A program made the translations under genes and the position numbers. Source: Mobula hypostoma (lineage: Eukaryota). From it: 64,000 bases of DNA. The notes beneath the pieces are model-generated. The model was not told the origin of the DNA. It ran no database searches and was given only the letters and a program-made list of their open reading frames with translations. The stretch lies in assembly GCF_963921235.1 (NCBI RefSeq), contig NC_086108.1:115322001-115386000 (forward strand). The letters are read 5' to 3'. Every line of letters starts with the position of its first letter. Position 1 is the first letter of the stretch. Below, piece by piece: positions 34,195-46,149 of this stretch.

Positions 34195-35570
34195 GAAAAG
34201 TCTTGAAGCTATTGTTAAAGAAGAAATAGCAAGGCATCTGGAAAGAAATGGATCCATCAGGCAGACACGGCATGAATTCAGCAAAGGCAAGTCCTGTTTG
34301 ACAAACTTACTGACGTTCTTTGAGGATATAATGAGCGCAGTGGATAGAGGGGAATGGATGGACATTATTGACTTGGATTTGCAGAAGGTGTTTGATAAGG
34401 TGCCACATAAAAGACTTATCCAAAAGATAAGGATGCATAGAGTTGGGGGTGATGTATTAGCATTGGTAGAGGATTGGTTAACTAATAGAAAGCAGAGAGT
34501 TGGGATACATGGGTGTTACTCCGGTTGGCAATCAGTGGTGAGTGGGGTGCTGCAGGGGTCGGTTCTGGGCCCGCAGATGTTCACAATATACATTATCGAT
34601 CTAGTAGAGGGGTCTGGGTGTAGTGTACTAAGTTTGTTGATGATATTAAATTGAGTGGAAAAGCAAATTGTGCAGAAGATATGAAAAGTCTGCAGAGAGA
34701 TATAGATAGGTTAAGTGAGTGGGCAAGGGTCTGGCAGATGGAGTACAATGTTGGTAAATGCAAGGTTATCCACTTTGGAAGGAAAATGAAAGATCAGATT
34801 ATTATTTAAATGTTGGAAAATTGCAGCATGCTGCTGTGCAGAGGGACTTAGGAGTGCTTGTGTATAAATCACAAAAGGTTGGTTTGCAGGTACAACGGGC
34901 TATCAAGAAGGCAAATGGAATATTGGCCTTCATTGCTAGAGGGATTGAATTTAAGAGCAGGGAGGTTATGCTGCAACTATACAGGGTACTGATGAGGCCG
35001 CACATGGAGTACTGTGTGCAGTTCTGGTCTCCTTACTTGAGGAAGGATATACTGGCTTTGGAGGTGGTGCAGAGGAGGTTCACCAGGTTGATTCCAGAGA
35101 TGAGGGGATTAGACTATAAGGAGAGATTGAGTCGCCTGTGACTGTACTCATTGGAATTCAGAAGAACGAGAGGAGATGTTATAGAAACATATAAAATTAT
35201 GAAAGGGATAGATAAAATAGAGGCAGGAAAGTTGTTTCCACTGGTAGGTGAGACTAGGACTAGGGGACATTGCCTCAAGATTCAGGGGAGAAGATTTAGG
35301 ACAGAGATGAGGAGGAACTGCTTTTCCCAGAGAGTGGTGAATCTGTGGAATTCTCTGCCCAATGAAGCAGTGGAGGCTACCTCAGTAAATATATTTAAGA
35401 CAAGATATTTAAGATAGATTTTTGCATTGTAGGGGAATTAAGGGTTATAGGGAAAAGGAAGGTAGGTGGAGATGAGACCATGGTCAGATCAGCCATGGTC
35501 TTAGTGAATGGTGGAGCAGGCTCGACGGGCCGGAAGGCCGACTCTTGCTCCTATTTCTTATGTTCTTATG
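34195..35570 (+). mobile_element. 5'-truncated CR1 LINE
   Basis: RT pieces in ORFs 34127-34654, 34758-35141 and 35151-35417; tail cctatttcttatgttcttatg. Confidence 0.92.
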
Positions 35571-36499
35571 TCTGTGACTGTATGAACCTTTCATATTTAT
35601 TTTTGGAAGTGAGTCCTGTATTGTCTGTGACACACAGAAAATGCATGGACACCCAGTAATACACAGTCCTGCCCGTGACAGCTGCCACTGTGAGTGGGGT
35701 CATTTCCCACCCTCCCTCTCTGTCACTTCCAAAACACCACACATCATCCCACCTCCAGCCTCTGGTCCTTCAGAAAATGGGTCTCACTCCCCGAGACCCA
35801 GGAACAGCACGAGGGATCCCAGTGGTCTGTGCTTCCTGGACCTCACACAGGATGGCCAGTGGTCCCCCCTGTCAGCACAGTGACCCCCCCCACCCCCACA
35901 TCCCACAGCCACCGGTGCTCAGGATGGTACACGAGACCCAGACCCAGTCTGCCTCCAGCGCCAGATTCATCAACACTCGACTCATTGTGAGAACCTGCAC
36001 AAAACCATTTGTTCTCCACCGTCTGTTAAAGTGAACGCTGAGGTTTGGGTGTTAAATATTTATGACTTGCAGAGTGATTAAAGATTCTCTCACACACGGC
36101 ATTAATTCCCCACACATTGGAATGAAGAGGCAGTTTATACGGTGACATTAGCATCGGCTTTATATATTCCACATCCACTGGCGATCACAATCAATTATTA
36201 AACACGAACAACACCGGCAACTCTTCCCCAGTGTCGCTATGGCACAATTTTATCCTTCACTCTGGGTGCTGATTTATTGATTCCCCCAGCGGGTTAGGCG
36301 GGTTTCCTGGGACTATTTAACCCTCTGATATATACACAAGTTGCAGAGGGGTCTCTGTACAGTCATTAACAGACTTTGCTGTTGGAACTGGAATTTGGGA
36401 AGTACAGAAGTCAAACTGTAATCAGGAAGAAGCCAGAAAAAATCAATGAAATTAATTATGGAATAATCCAGGCCTTTGACAAGATTCCATATGGGACAT

Positions 36500-38190
36500 T
36501 GGTCTCGAGAGTTTTAGGCCAGAGGGCACAGCCTCAGAATAGAGGGACATCCATTTAAAACAGACGAGGAATTTCTTTATCCAGAGGGTGGTGAATCTGT
36601 GGAATTCACTGCCACAGACAGCTGTGGAGGCCAAGTCATTGAGTATATTTAAAGTGGGGGTTGATAGTCTCTTGATTAGTCAGGGTGTCAAAGGTCACAG
36701 GGAGAAGGCTAGAGAATAAGGTTGAAAGGGATAATGAATCAGCCAAGATGGAATGGCAGAGCTGACTTGATGGGCCGAATGGTGAATTCTGCTCCTATGT
36801 CTTATCATCTTCTGGTTGGGTCACCTGGCATTCAAGATGTGGCTGTAAACCAGCTTCACCGCTGGCTTGGTGGGACAGGCCAGAGAGTGGTTGTGGATGG
36901 TTATCACTCTGACCAGAGGCCTGACTAGTGGAGTATCGTAGGGATTGCTGCTGTGCTGGGTCTGTTGTTTGCCATCTGTATCAACAATCTGGATGATAAT
37001 GTGGTGAACTGGCTCAGCAAATTTGCAGATGACACCAAGATTGGGGGTATAGTGGACAGCGAGGAACACTATCAAAGCTTGACCCCTCCCATACCAGATG
37101 GTGAATCAACCAATTAGAATTCTTTCCATGGTACAACTGTAGAAATTTGCACATGTCTTTGGTGACAGCAATTTTGCTCAAACTTCTAAGGAAACATAGC
37201 CACTGGTATGCCTTATGTATAATTGCATCGATATGTTGGGCCCAGGATAGATCCTCAGAGATGCTGACATCCAGGAAATTGAACTTGTTCACCCTTTCCA
37301 CTTCTGCTCCTCAATGACGACTGGTTTTGGTCCCCTCGACATTTCCTTCCTGCAATCCACAATTAATTACTGACGCTGGTGCAAGGTTGTTGCAGCTACA
37401 CCACTCAACCAGCTGATCTGTCTTGCTCCTGTACGTCCCCTCGTCACCATCTGAAACTCTGCCAGCAGTGAATGGACTGAGGAGCCCGTTTCTGTGCTGA
37501 CTCCATGATATTGGGAGATTAGCGGGGCCATGTGTCGACAGAGAGCTGTCCTGCCTTTGAAATGATGCCAGAGTTGTGGCCGGTAAGGAAGGTTGACAAA
37601 GGACACAACACGAATTGGATCACCTGTGGGCAGTGAAGTGGCACGTTGGGTTTAATCCCAGGCAGGGTTAGTCTGGCATGGACTGGTTGGGTTGAAGGAC
37701 GGTGTGTATGCTGACTCTAAGGGTGAGCCATTGCGCTGGTGAGGACAAGTGTAAGTGGGAAGTAGACTGTAAACAGCATGACCCTTATGGGGGGGGGGGG
37801 GTTGGTGCACAGCAGGGTGCAAGGCCATAGCTCCCTGAAAGTGGCTTCCCAGACAGAGGCGGTGGTAAAGAAGGTGTATCGCACTCTTGCCTTCATTGGT
37901 CAAGCAGTGAGTAAAGAAGTTGACAAATCAAAAAGCTAGCAAATAAAATGAGCAGCTGTATAACATTTTGGTCAACCACATTTGGAGTATTGTGTGCAGT
38001 TCTGCTCACTCCTTTGTAGGAGGAATGTCGAGGCTTCGGAGAGGATACAGAGGAGGTTGACCAGGACGCTGCCTGGATCAGAGGGCGTGTGCTATAACGA
38101 GGTATGGACAAACCGGGGTCTGGGGTTATTTTCTCTGGTGTACTGGAGGCTGAGGGGGAATGTGATACAGTTTATAAGATTATGAGAGGG
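36500..38190. mobile_element. Mosaic of old CR1 (+) and Rex1 (-, ~37085-37465) fragments
   Basis: KFADDTK at ~37018-37040; ORF 37014-37301 (minus) with Rex1 motifs; EYCVQFCS...ERIQRRLTR at 37982-38185. Confidence 0.75.
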
Positions 38191-38330
38191 GACAACATCA
38201 CTCTCAACTTCACCTGCCCCACCACTGAACTTTCCTGCAACCTATGTACTCACTTTGAAGGACACTTCATCTCATGTTCTTAATATTTATCTATCTGTCT
38301 ATCTATCTATCTATCTATTTACTTAATATT

Positions 38331-38880
38331 GCTTCCCGGAGGTTGTTACATCCGGGGGTGATCATGGGGACGAGCTATTAAACACTCCCAATAACGTGTG
38401 CCCCTGACAACCAAATCCAGCTCCTGGCCTTCACGCATGGCTTAGCGAGCAAGCCTAATGGAACCATTTCTACTGACAGGAGAAGGGGCAAAAGCAGGTT
38501 ACTGTTACCTGAAAGCTTTGGGGAGTTGTGGCTTGTCAGTCATGGTTGGCAGCTCACCTGGGAGAAGTAAAACTCTGATCTCAAACCTCTGCTGCCTTGT
38601 GGCTATATTCACTCATGAGGAAGGCTTCAGGAGTGAATCTCCAGGAAAAAAAACGGACTGCAGTTCCTAAGGCAGTTCTACGTTGAGTTCAAATCTGACT
38701 GGCACCTGCTGTGAGGCCGTTGGTACCAAACTGTATCGGTCTTTGGATTCATCAGCTACATGGAGAGGGGGAGCTTGCTGCACAGACAACAGCTTGCTCT
38801 CCGTATCGTCCTGCCCAGGCTTGCGTGTCTAGAAAGGTAGAATGCAACATCCCTGGTCGACCCCAACCGACGGAGGCTTC
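38331..38880 (+). mobile_element. Non-autonomous 550-bp element resembling an RTE-clade 5' UTR, TSD AATATT, inserted in a Rex1 3' UTR
   Basis: AATATT at 38325-38330 and 38881-38886; contains ggagaagtaaaactctgatctcaaacc (RTE-5'UTR-like). The host Rex1 3' UTR continues on both sides (38190-38330, 38887-39100). Confidence 0.65.
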
Positions 38881-39129
38881 AATATTATGATGATGATGAT
38901 TATTTTTTCTCTTTCTTTGAGTATCTGTAGTTTGTTGTCTTTTGCACGCTGGTCATTTGTCTGACCTGTTGGGTGTGGTCTTTTATTGATTCTATTGTGT
39001 TTCTTGTATTTACCATGAATGCCTGCAAGAAAATTTATCTCGGGATTGTATACGGTGACAGGTATGTGTCCTTTGATAATAAATTTACTTTGAACTTTGA
39101 ATATTTGCACACTCACCCATGCAGTCTTT

Positions 39130-39470
39130 CACACATACACATTCACACACAGTCGTACACAAACACACAGTGATACACCCAAACCACCCTACACACACAC
39201 ACCCACACCCCCACACCCCCACACACACACGCACACACACCCCCACACACACACACCCCTAAACCCACAGACACTCACACACCGTCATACACACACACCC
39301 ACACACACACCCTCACACACACCCACACACACACCCCCCACACACACACCCACACACACACACCCACACACACCCCCCACACACACCTGCACACACACAC
39401 TTCATCATACACACACACGCCCCTAAACACACACACACACACACACACACCATCACACACACACACACCA

Positions 39471-39505
<35 letters not shown>

Positions 39506-39520
39506 GTCATACACTCACAG
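39130..39520. repeat. Degenerate (CA)n / C-A-rich microsatellite
   Basis: Directly visible. Confidence 0.95.
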
Positions 39521-39967
39521 ACTTGCCGTGACACTCACAGGCACAGTAATCTGTCAGAGAAACGGACTTATTATTCCATGAATAAAGATGACCGTCTCGC
39601 TTTCTGAACCTTCTGCAAACTCTCCGAAGCAGCTCATCCATCCCGGGAAATATTCATGAGGATCAGATCCGAGCTCCAGAAAGTCCACATCAGGCAGAGA
39701 TTCTCACTTCCAATATCCTCTCTAAACATATTTGCTTCTGTGATGAGCAGCTTCAAATGTCACTCCAGTCAGTCTCTGTGCTGCCGTCTCGGTGTTGTGC
39801 TGAGCGGGAGAGGCACCCTGGCGAAACAATCCCCACCCCCACCCCGTTCAGATCTTGTCGTGTCCCTTGGGTGGTCTGAACCCCACAAACTCCAGTAGCC
39901 GACCGGAGACAGGGATGGAGCAGGTGGGGAGGGTCGTCCTCATGGAGGTGTGGGGTTCAGGTAATCA

Positions 39968-40073
39968 CCCAGCACCCAGGCCATTCAGCCCTTCAAGACT
40001 GGGAACACCCAGGCCATTCAGCCCATCAAGACTGGGAACACCCAGGCCATTCAGCCCATTGAGACTGGGAACA
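39968..40073. repeat. Three tandem 33-bp units (cacccaggccattcagcccatcaagactgggaa)
   Basis: Directly visible; translates as PRPFSPSRLGT x3. Confidence 0.9.
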
Positions 40074-40289
40074 GCTTTGGTCTTGCTAGCTGGGGAAGGA
40101 CACAAGAACTGTGGGGCCAGTATACGGGGGTTCACCAGGGATCAAAGGAGTGTCCCGTCATGAACAACTTACTGATACGCTTAATACAAAATTACTGGTC
40201 GTCCTGTATTGGGTGTTTTGGTGACATCTAACTGCAGAATAAATCGCACTGAAGGGTAGAGTGGGTGAAGGGGCTCGATTACTGACCTG

Positions 40290-42730
40290 GTCTCAGTCAT
40301 CGTTTGGCCCGCACTTGGAGTATTGTGAGCAGTTCTGGACCCTGTATCTGAGAACAGATGTGTTGGCATTGCGGGGGGACCAGAGGAGGTTCACGTGAAT
40401 GATTCTGGGAATGAAAGGGTTAATGTATGAGGAGCTTTTGCTGGCTCTGGGCCTGTACTTGTTGGAGTTGAGGAGAATAGGGGGAATCTCTTTGAAACCT
40501 ATCGAATATTGAAAGGTGTAGCTAGGGTGGATGTGGAGAGCATGTTCCCTATAGTGGGGTAGTCTAGAACCAGAGGGCCCAGCCCCAATACATAAAGATA
40601 ACCCTTCAGAACAGAGATGAGGAGGAATCTCTTTCGCCAGATAGTTGAAAGTAAGTTTATTATGATAGTACATAAATGTCACCATATACGACCTTATTCA
40701 TTTTCTTGTGGCCATTCACAGTAGACAAGGAAGTACAATAAAACCATGAAAAACACACAAAGACTGACAAACAACCAATCTGCAAAAGAAGACAAATTGT
40801 ACAACTAAATAAACATTGAGAACATGAGCTGTCAAGTCCTTGAAAGTGACTCATAGGTTGTGAAATTTTCTCTCGTGTTCACCAATCAGCTTCCCAGTTC
40901 TTTGCTTCGTCCCTCCCACTCCTGGTTTCACCTACCACCTCGTGTTTCTCTCTCCCCCTCCACCTTTTAAATCTACTCCTCAGCTTTTTTTCTCCAGTCC
41001 TGCTGAAAGGTCTCGGCCCAAGGCGTTGACTGTTGACTCTTTTCCATAGATGCTGCCTGGCCTGCTGAGTTCCTTCAGCATTTTGTGCGTGTTGCTTGGA
41101 TTTCCAGCATCTGCAGATTTTCTCTTGGTTGTGGAATCAGTTCGGTTTTGTGGTGAGTGAAGTTGTCCCACTGGTTCAGGAGCCTGATGGTGGAGAGGTA
41201 GTAACTGTTCCTGAACCTGTACCTCCTTCCCGATGGCAGCAGCGAGAAGAGAGTGGTGTGGGTGGTGGGGTCCTTGATGACAGATTCTGCTTTCTCCTGG
41301 CAGTCTCCTTGGAGAATCTGTGGTAAATCTATGGAATTCTTTGCCACCGGCAGCTGTGGAGAACAACTCATTGGGTATAATTAAAACAGAGTCTGAGAGG
41401 TTCTTGATTAGTCAACGTGTCAAAGGTTACAGGGAGTGGGATACAGTGTTGGGAAATGTCTGATAATGCATTTTAGTAAAAGGAACAATAGTACGGACTA
41501 TTACCTAAATGGGGAGAAGGTTCAAACATCAGAGGTGCAAAGAAACTTACGAGTCCTTGTGCAAGATTCCCAGAAGTTTAATTCACAGGTTCAGTCTGTG
41601 GTAAGGAAGGCAAATGCAATGTTGGCATTCATTTCAATGAGGATAGAAGATAAAAATAACGAGATAATGCTGAGCCTTTATAAGACACTAGTCAGGTCAC
41701 ACTTGGAGTATTATCAAAAGTTTTGAGCCCTTTTTCTCAGAAAGGATGTACTGTCAATTGGAGAGAGACCAAAGGAGGTTCACGAGGATCATCTCAGGAA
41801 TGAAGGGGTTAACATAACAGCCTCCTATGTCTCCAATGCATCATCCGGGAGAAGATTTGTTTTCCAGCAATCAATGACACCAAGCATAAAGCTAAAGCTA
41901 CACAGAAATGGCTTAAAAACAACAGAGGTTTTCAAACAGAAGTAAGGTGGGATTTTTTTAGCCAGACAGTAGTGAACCTGTGGCATGCTCTGTCACAGGC
42001 TGCGGTGGGGACCGAGTCCATGGTATATTTAAGGCGGAAGTTGATCATTTCCTGATCGGTCAGGAAATCAAAGGATATTGTGAGAAGGCAGGTGTATGGC
42101 ATTGAGTGGGAACTGGGATCAGATAAGATGGAATGGCGGAGCAGACTCAATGGGCCGAATGGCCTAATTATGCTCCTATATCTTAGAAACATAGAAACAT
42201 AGAAAACCTACAGCACAATACAGGCCCTTCGGCCCACAAAGCTGTGCTGAACACGTCCTTACCTTAGAACTACCTAGGCTTACCCATAGCCCTCTATGTA
42301 TAACCCTCTAAGCTCCATGTATCCATCCAGGAGTCTCGTAAAAGACCCTATCATTTCTGTCTCCACCGTCGCCGCCGGCAGCCCATTCCACACTCACCAC
42401 TCTCTGCGTAAAAAACTTACCCCTGACATCTCCTCTGTACCAGCTTCCAAGCACCTTAAAACTATGCCCCCTCGTGTTAACCATTTCAGCCTTGGGAAAA
42501 AGGCTCTGACTGTCCACACGATCAATGCCTTTCATCATCTTATACACCTCTATCAGGTCACCTCTCATCCTCCGTTGCTCCAAGGAGAAAAGGCTAAGTT
42601 CATTCTACCTATTCTCATAAGTCATGCTCCCCAATCCAGACAACACCCTTGTAAATCTCCTCTGCACCCTTTCTATGGTTTCCACGTCCTTCCTGTAACG
42701 AGGTGACCAGAACTGAATGCAGTCTTATGG
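40290..42730. mobile_element. Dense nest of CR1 (+/-), Rex1 (-), Penelope-derived (40870-41125) and Tc1 (41820-41925) fragments
   Basis: CR1 motifs at 40290-40640, 41436-41815 and 41930-42183; young antisense CR1 at 42184-42722; Rex1 at 40645-40865 and 41130-41310; tttgttttccagcaa...aagcataaagctaaagctacacag (Tc1-like). Confidence 0.75.
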
Positions 42731-43780
42731 TCTTTTGCTGTGGGAATGCTTCACTGCAGCAGGCCCTGGAAGGCTTGTGAAAGTAGATGGTAAAATGATT
42801 GCAGCAAAATACAGGGAAATCCTGGAGGAAAACCTTATGCAGTCTGGAACAGAACTGGGATTAGAGGGATTTGTTTTCTAGCAAGACAATGACCCCAAGC
42901 ATAAAGCCAAAGCTACACAGGAATGGCTTAAAACAACAAAGTTAATATCCTGGAGTGGCCAAGTCAGAGTCCAGACCCTAATCCAATTGGGAATTTGTGG
43001 CTGGACTTGAAAAGAGCTGTTCACTTACGATCCCCATGCAATCTTACAGAGTTTGAGCAGTTTTGTCAAGAAGAATGGGGAAAAATTGTAGTGTCCAGAT
43101 ATGCAAAGCTGGTAGAGACCGATCCACACAGACTCAAGGCTGTAATTGCTGCCAAAGGTGCATCTACTAAATACTGAATTGAAGGGGATGAATACTTATG
43201 CAAGCAATTATTTTATGGTTTATCTTTGTAATTAATTGGTAGAGTGAACTTGGCCTTTTCTCCTTGGAGCAACGGAGAATGAGAGGTGACCTGATAGAGG
43301 TGTATAAGATGATGAGAGACATTGATCGTGTGGATAGTCAGAGGCTTTTTCCCAGGGCTGAAATGGCTAGCACGAGCCGACACAGTTTTAAGGTGCTTGC
43401 AAGTAGGTACAGAGGAAATGTCAGGGGTAAGTTTTTTACACAGAGAGTGGTGAGTGCATGGAATGGGCAGCTGGCAATGGTGGTGGAGGCACATACTATA
43501 GGGTATTTTAAGACACTCCTGGATAGGTACATGGAGCTTAGAAAAATTGAGGGCTATGGGTTACCCTAGGTAAATTCTAAATTAAGTACAGTAGGTTTTC
43601 TAGGTTTTCTATGTTTATTTAGATCAATTTGTAGAAATCTGTTGACACAAAATATTCTTTTTCTGTTGATCAGTGTCAAAAAAAAAAAGCCAAATTAAAT
43701 CCACTGTGATTCAATGTTGTAAAACAATATAACATGAAACTTCTGGAGGGGTGGGGTGAATACTTTTTATAGGCACTTTA
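42730..43780 (+). mobile_element. Tc1-like transposon 3' half (DDE domain + right IR/DR terminus), interrupted by CR1 at ~43236-43612
   Basis: WECFTAAGPGRL...QDNDPKHKAK...EWPSQSPDPNPIGNLW...RLKAVIAAKGASTKY*. Direct repeats gaaggggatgaatactt (43181) and ggggtgaatactttttataggcact (43753-43777). Confidence 0.9.
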
Positions 43781-43799
43781 CACATACATTGGATCCTGG

Positions 43800-45830
43800 G
43801 TTTCCTTGTTTGCAGACCTCAGCCAGTTCGGATTGGCAACAACATCTCCTCCACAATCTCCATCAGCATGGGTGTACCACAAGGCTGTGTGCTTAGTCCG
43901 TGTTCTACTCATTTTATACTTCTTACTGTGTAGCTAAGCACAGCTCCAATGCCATATTCAAGTCTGCTGACAGCACCACTCTTGTATGCCAAATCAAAGG
44001 TGGTGATGGATTAACATATAGGAGGCAACAGCAAAGAGCTGATTATTGGCTTCAGGAGGAAACCAGAGGTCCTTGAGCCTCTGGGGATCAGAGGGAGAGA
44101 TGGTCAGCAACTTTAAATCCCTCTAATGTTATCATTTCAGAGCACCTGTCCTAAGACAAGCACATCAGTGTAATTATGAAGAAAGCACAGCAGCGCCTCT
44201 ACTTCCTGAGGAGATTGCAAAGATTTGACATGGCACCTATAACTTTGACTAACTTCTATAGATGGGTGGTGGAGAGAATACATCACAGCCTGGTATGGAA
44301 ACACCAATGCCCTTGAACAGAAAATCCTACAAGAAGTAGTGGATACGGACCAGTCCATCATGGGTAAAGACCTCTCCACCCTTGAGCACATCTACATGGA
44401 GCTTGTGACTGGAAAGCAGCATCTATCGTCAGGGACACTAACCACCCAGGACATGCTCTATTCTTGCTACTGCCATCAGGAAGCCTCAGGACCCACACCA
44501 CCAGGTTCAGTAACAGTTATTACCTCTCAACCATCAGGCTCCTGAACCAGGGGGAATAACTATTCAACTTCATTTGCCCCATCATTGAAATGCTCCCACA
44601 ACCAATGGGCTTACTTTCATGGATTCTTCATCTCATGTTCTTGATATTTATAGCTTATTTGTTTATTATTGTTGTAGAAATGTATTTTTCTTCAGCTAAA
44701 GCTGGTAAAACCTGAGGTATGGGTATAGCTAATTTCTCAATTCCTAGGAACTTTCAGACTATTCTCGTGGTGTTTAGAATTGTTTAGAATCTTCTTTTTG
44801 AAGATTTACATAGATAACACTGCGTAGTCCTTTGGGATGATGCCAGTTGTAGATATTACTATTGGGACAATGTATACCCTGTTCATGTTCTGAAGTCTTT
44901 CAATTTCCTCTTTTATCTCGGCATATTTCTGGAGTTTTTCACTGATTGACTTCTGGATGTTATGTGTGTTTGGAATGGCTGTATCTGTTAAATATGTTGT
45001 TCTTGCTTGTTTATCCTATATTATTATCTGAATGATTATTGTGGATTATCCTGTCTGTAATAATTGATCAGTCATAATATAATTTGTGGTATTCTGATTC
45101 TAAAACTGGATCAGGTTTGTATTTATAGCAAGGTGTGATTTCATTCGTGAGTTTGTGTTGTAAAGCAAGATTTTGATGAATGATGTTTGTTACTCGATTG
45201 TGCCTGTGTACGTAATCAGATTGTGTTAAATTGCTACAGGATCTTGAAAAGTGTTGGATTGTTTCTATTTTTTTCAGCATTTTCTACATTTATCATCTTG
45301 AATTTGTTGGTCTATTATTATGTATTTTTGATATATTTTGTGTGTTAACCACCTGGTTCTGTATTGCCACAAGGAACCCTTCCGTTTCTGGAAAAAGGTC
45401 TCCAACTCTGAGCCAGGCATTTGATGGTTCTTTGTCGATATCTCATCTGCTCATGTAGTGGGGATATCTTCCATGGAGAGTCATGCTTTTCCATTAGTTA
45501 ACTGCTTCTTCAATAGTGATGGTGTTTTCATCTTTCTGGGTTGTGCTCTCATTTAAGTTTAGTGCTGTGTATTCATTGGAATTGTGTATGCTTACTTGGA
45601 GTGCTGATTCCTGTTTCTGTTGATGAAGGTATTTCCTTAAAAGTTATTATTTCTGTTTTTTCTTTCTTTTTGTATTCACAGAGTTTGTTGACTTCTGCAC
45701 GCTGATTGTCCGTCCTGTTCTTGTGGCTTTTCATTGATTCTATTACAATTATTGGATTTATTGAGTACACTCACAATAAAATGAATCTCAGGGTGTATAT
45801 GGTGACATATAAATATGTACTTTAAACTTT
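43800..45830 (+). mobile_element. Rex1/Babar LINE (host), split in its 3' UTR by an R4/Dong element
   Basis: RT to 3' UTR at 43800-44670, resuming at ~45643 and ending in aactttgaatttga; collinear with 21950-23080. Confidence 0.85.
44675..45642 (-). mobile_element. 5'-truncated R4/Dong (Rex6-like) non-LTR retrotransposon, restriction-like endonuclease region
   Basis: WKSMTLHGRYP, SNAWLRVGDLFPETEGFLVAIQNQV, ETIQHFSRSCSNL..DYVHRHN, D.AIP...EKLQKYAEIKEEI, RVYIVPIVISTTGIIPK. Confidence 0.88.
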
Positions 45831-46149
45831 GAATTTGAGGATGTTAATGAGGCTTCACTTGGAGTATTTTGATCATCCTGCTACAGGAACAATATTGTTA
45901 AACTATAAAGAGTGCAGAGATTTACCTGGATTTGGGAACCTGAGCTACAAGGAGAGGTTGTGTAGACAAGGACTTTATTCCCTGGAACATAGGAGATTGG
46001 GGGCTGACCTGATAGAGGGGCATAAGATCATGAGGGGCAGAGATAAGGAGAAAGCGCAAAGAATTTTCTCCAGGGATAGGGGTTATAGACAAAAAGTGTT
46101 CATGGGTTTAAGATCAGAGGTGGAGATTTAAAAGAGAACATTATCTGAA

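Noticed and set aside
38340..38490. HDV/CPEB3-like ribozyme reading (P2 CTCCTG/CAGGAG, P3 GCC/GGC, loop TTCACG, ACTGA before P2')
   Set aside because: The L3 loop is 9 nt and I could not find a G-initiated P1 strand upstream that pairs with the segment after P3. Kept only as an alternative to the twister-like reading.
35907..39830. Minus-strand exon chain MFREDIG (~39710-39731) + SHNESSVDESGAGG... (~35914-35994)
   Set aside because: The second donor (gtggct) is poor and the peptide is unrecognisable; not distinguishable from chance.
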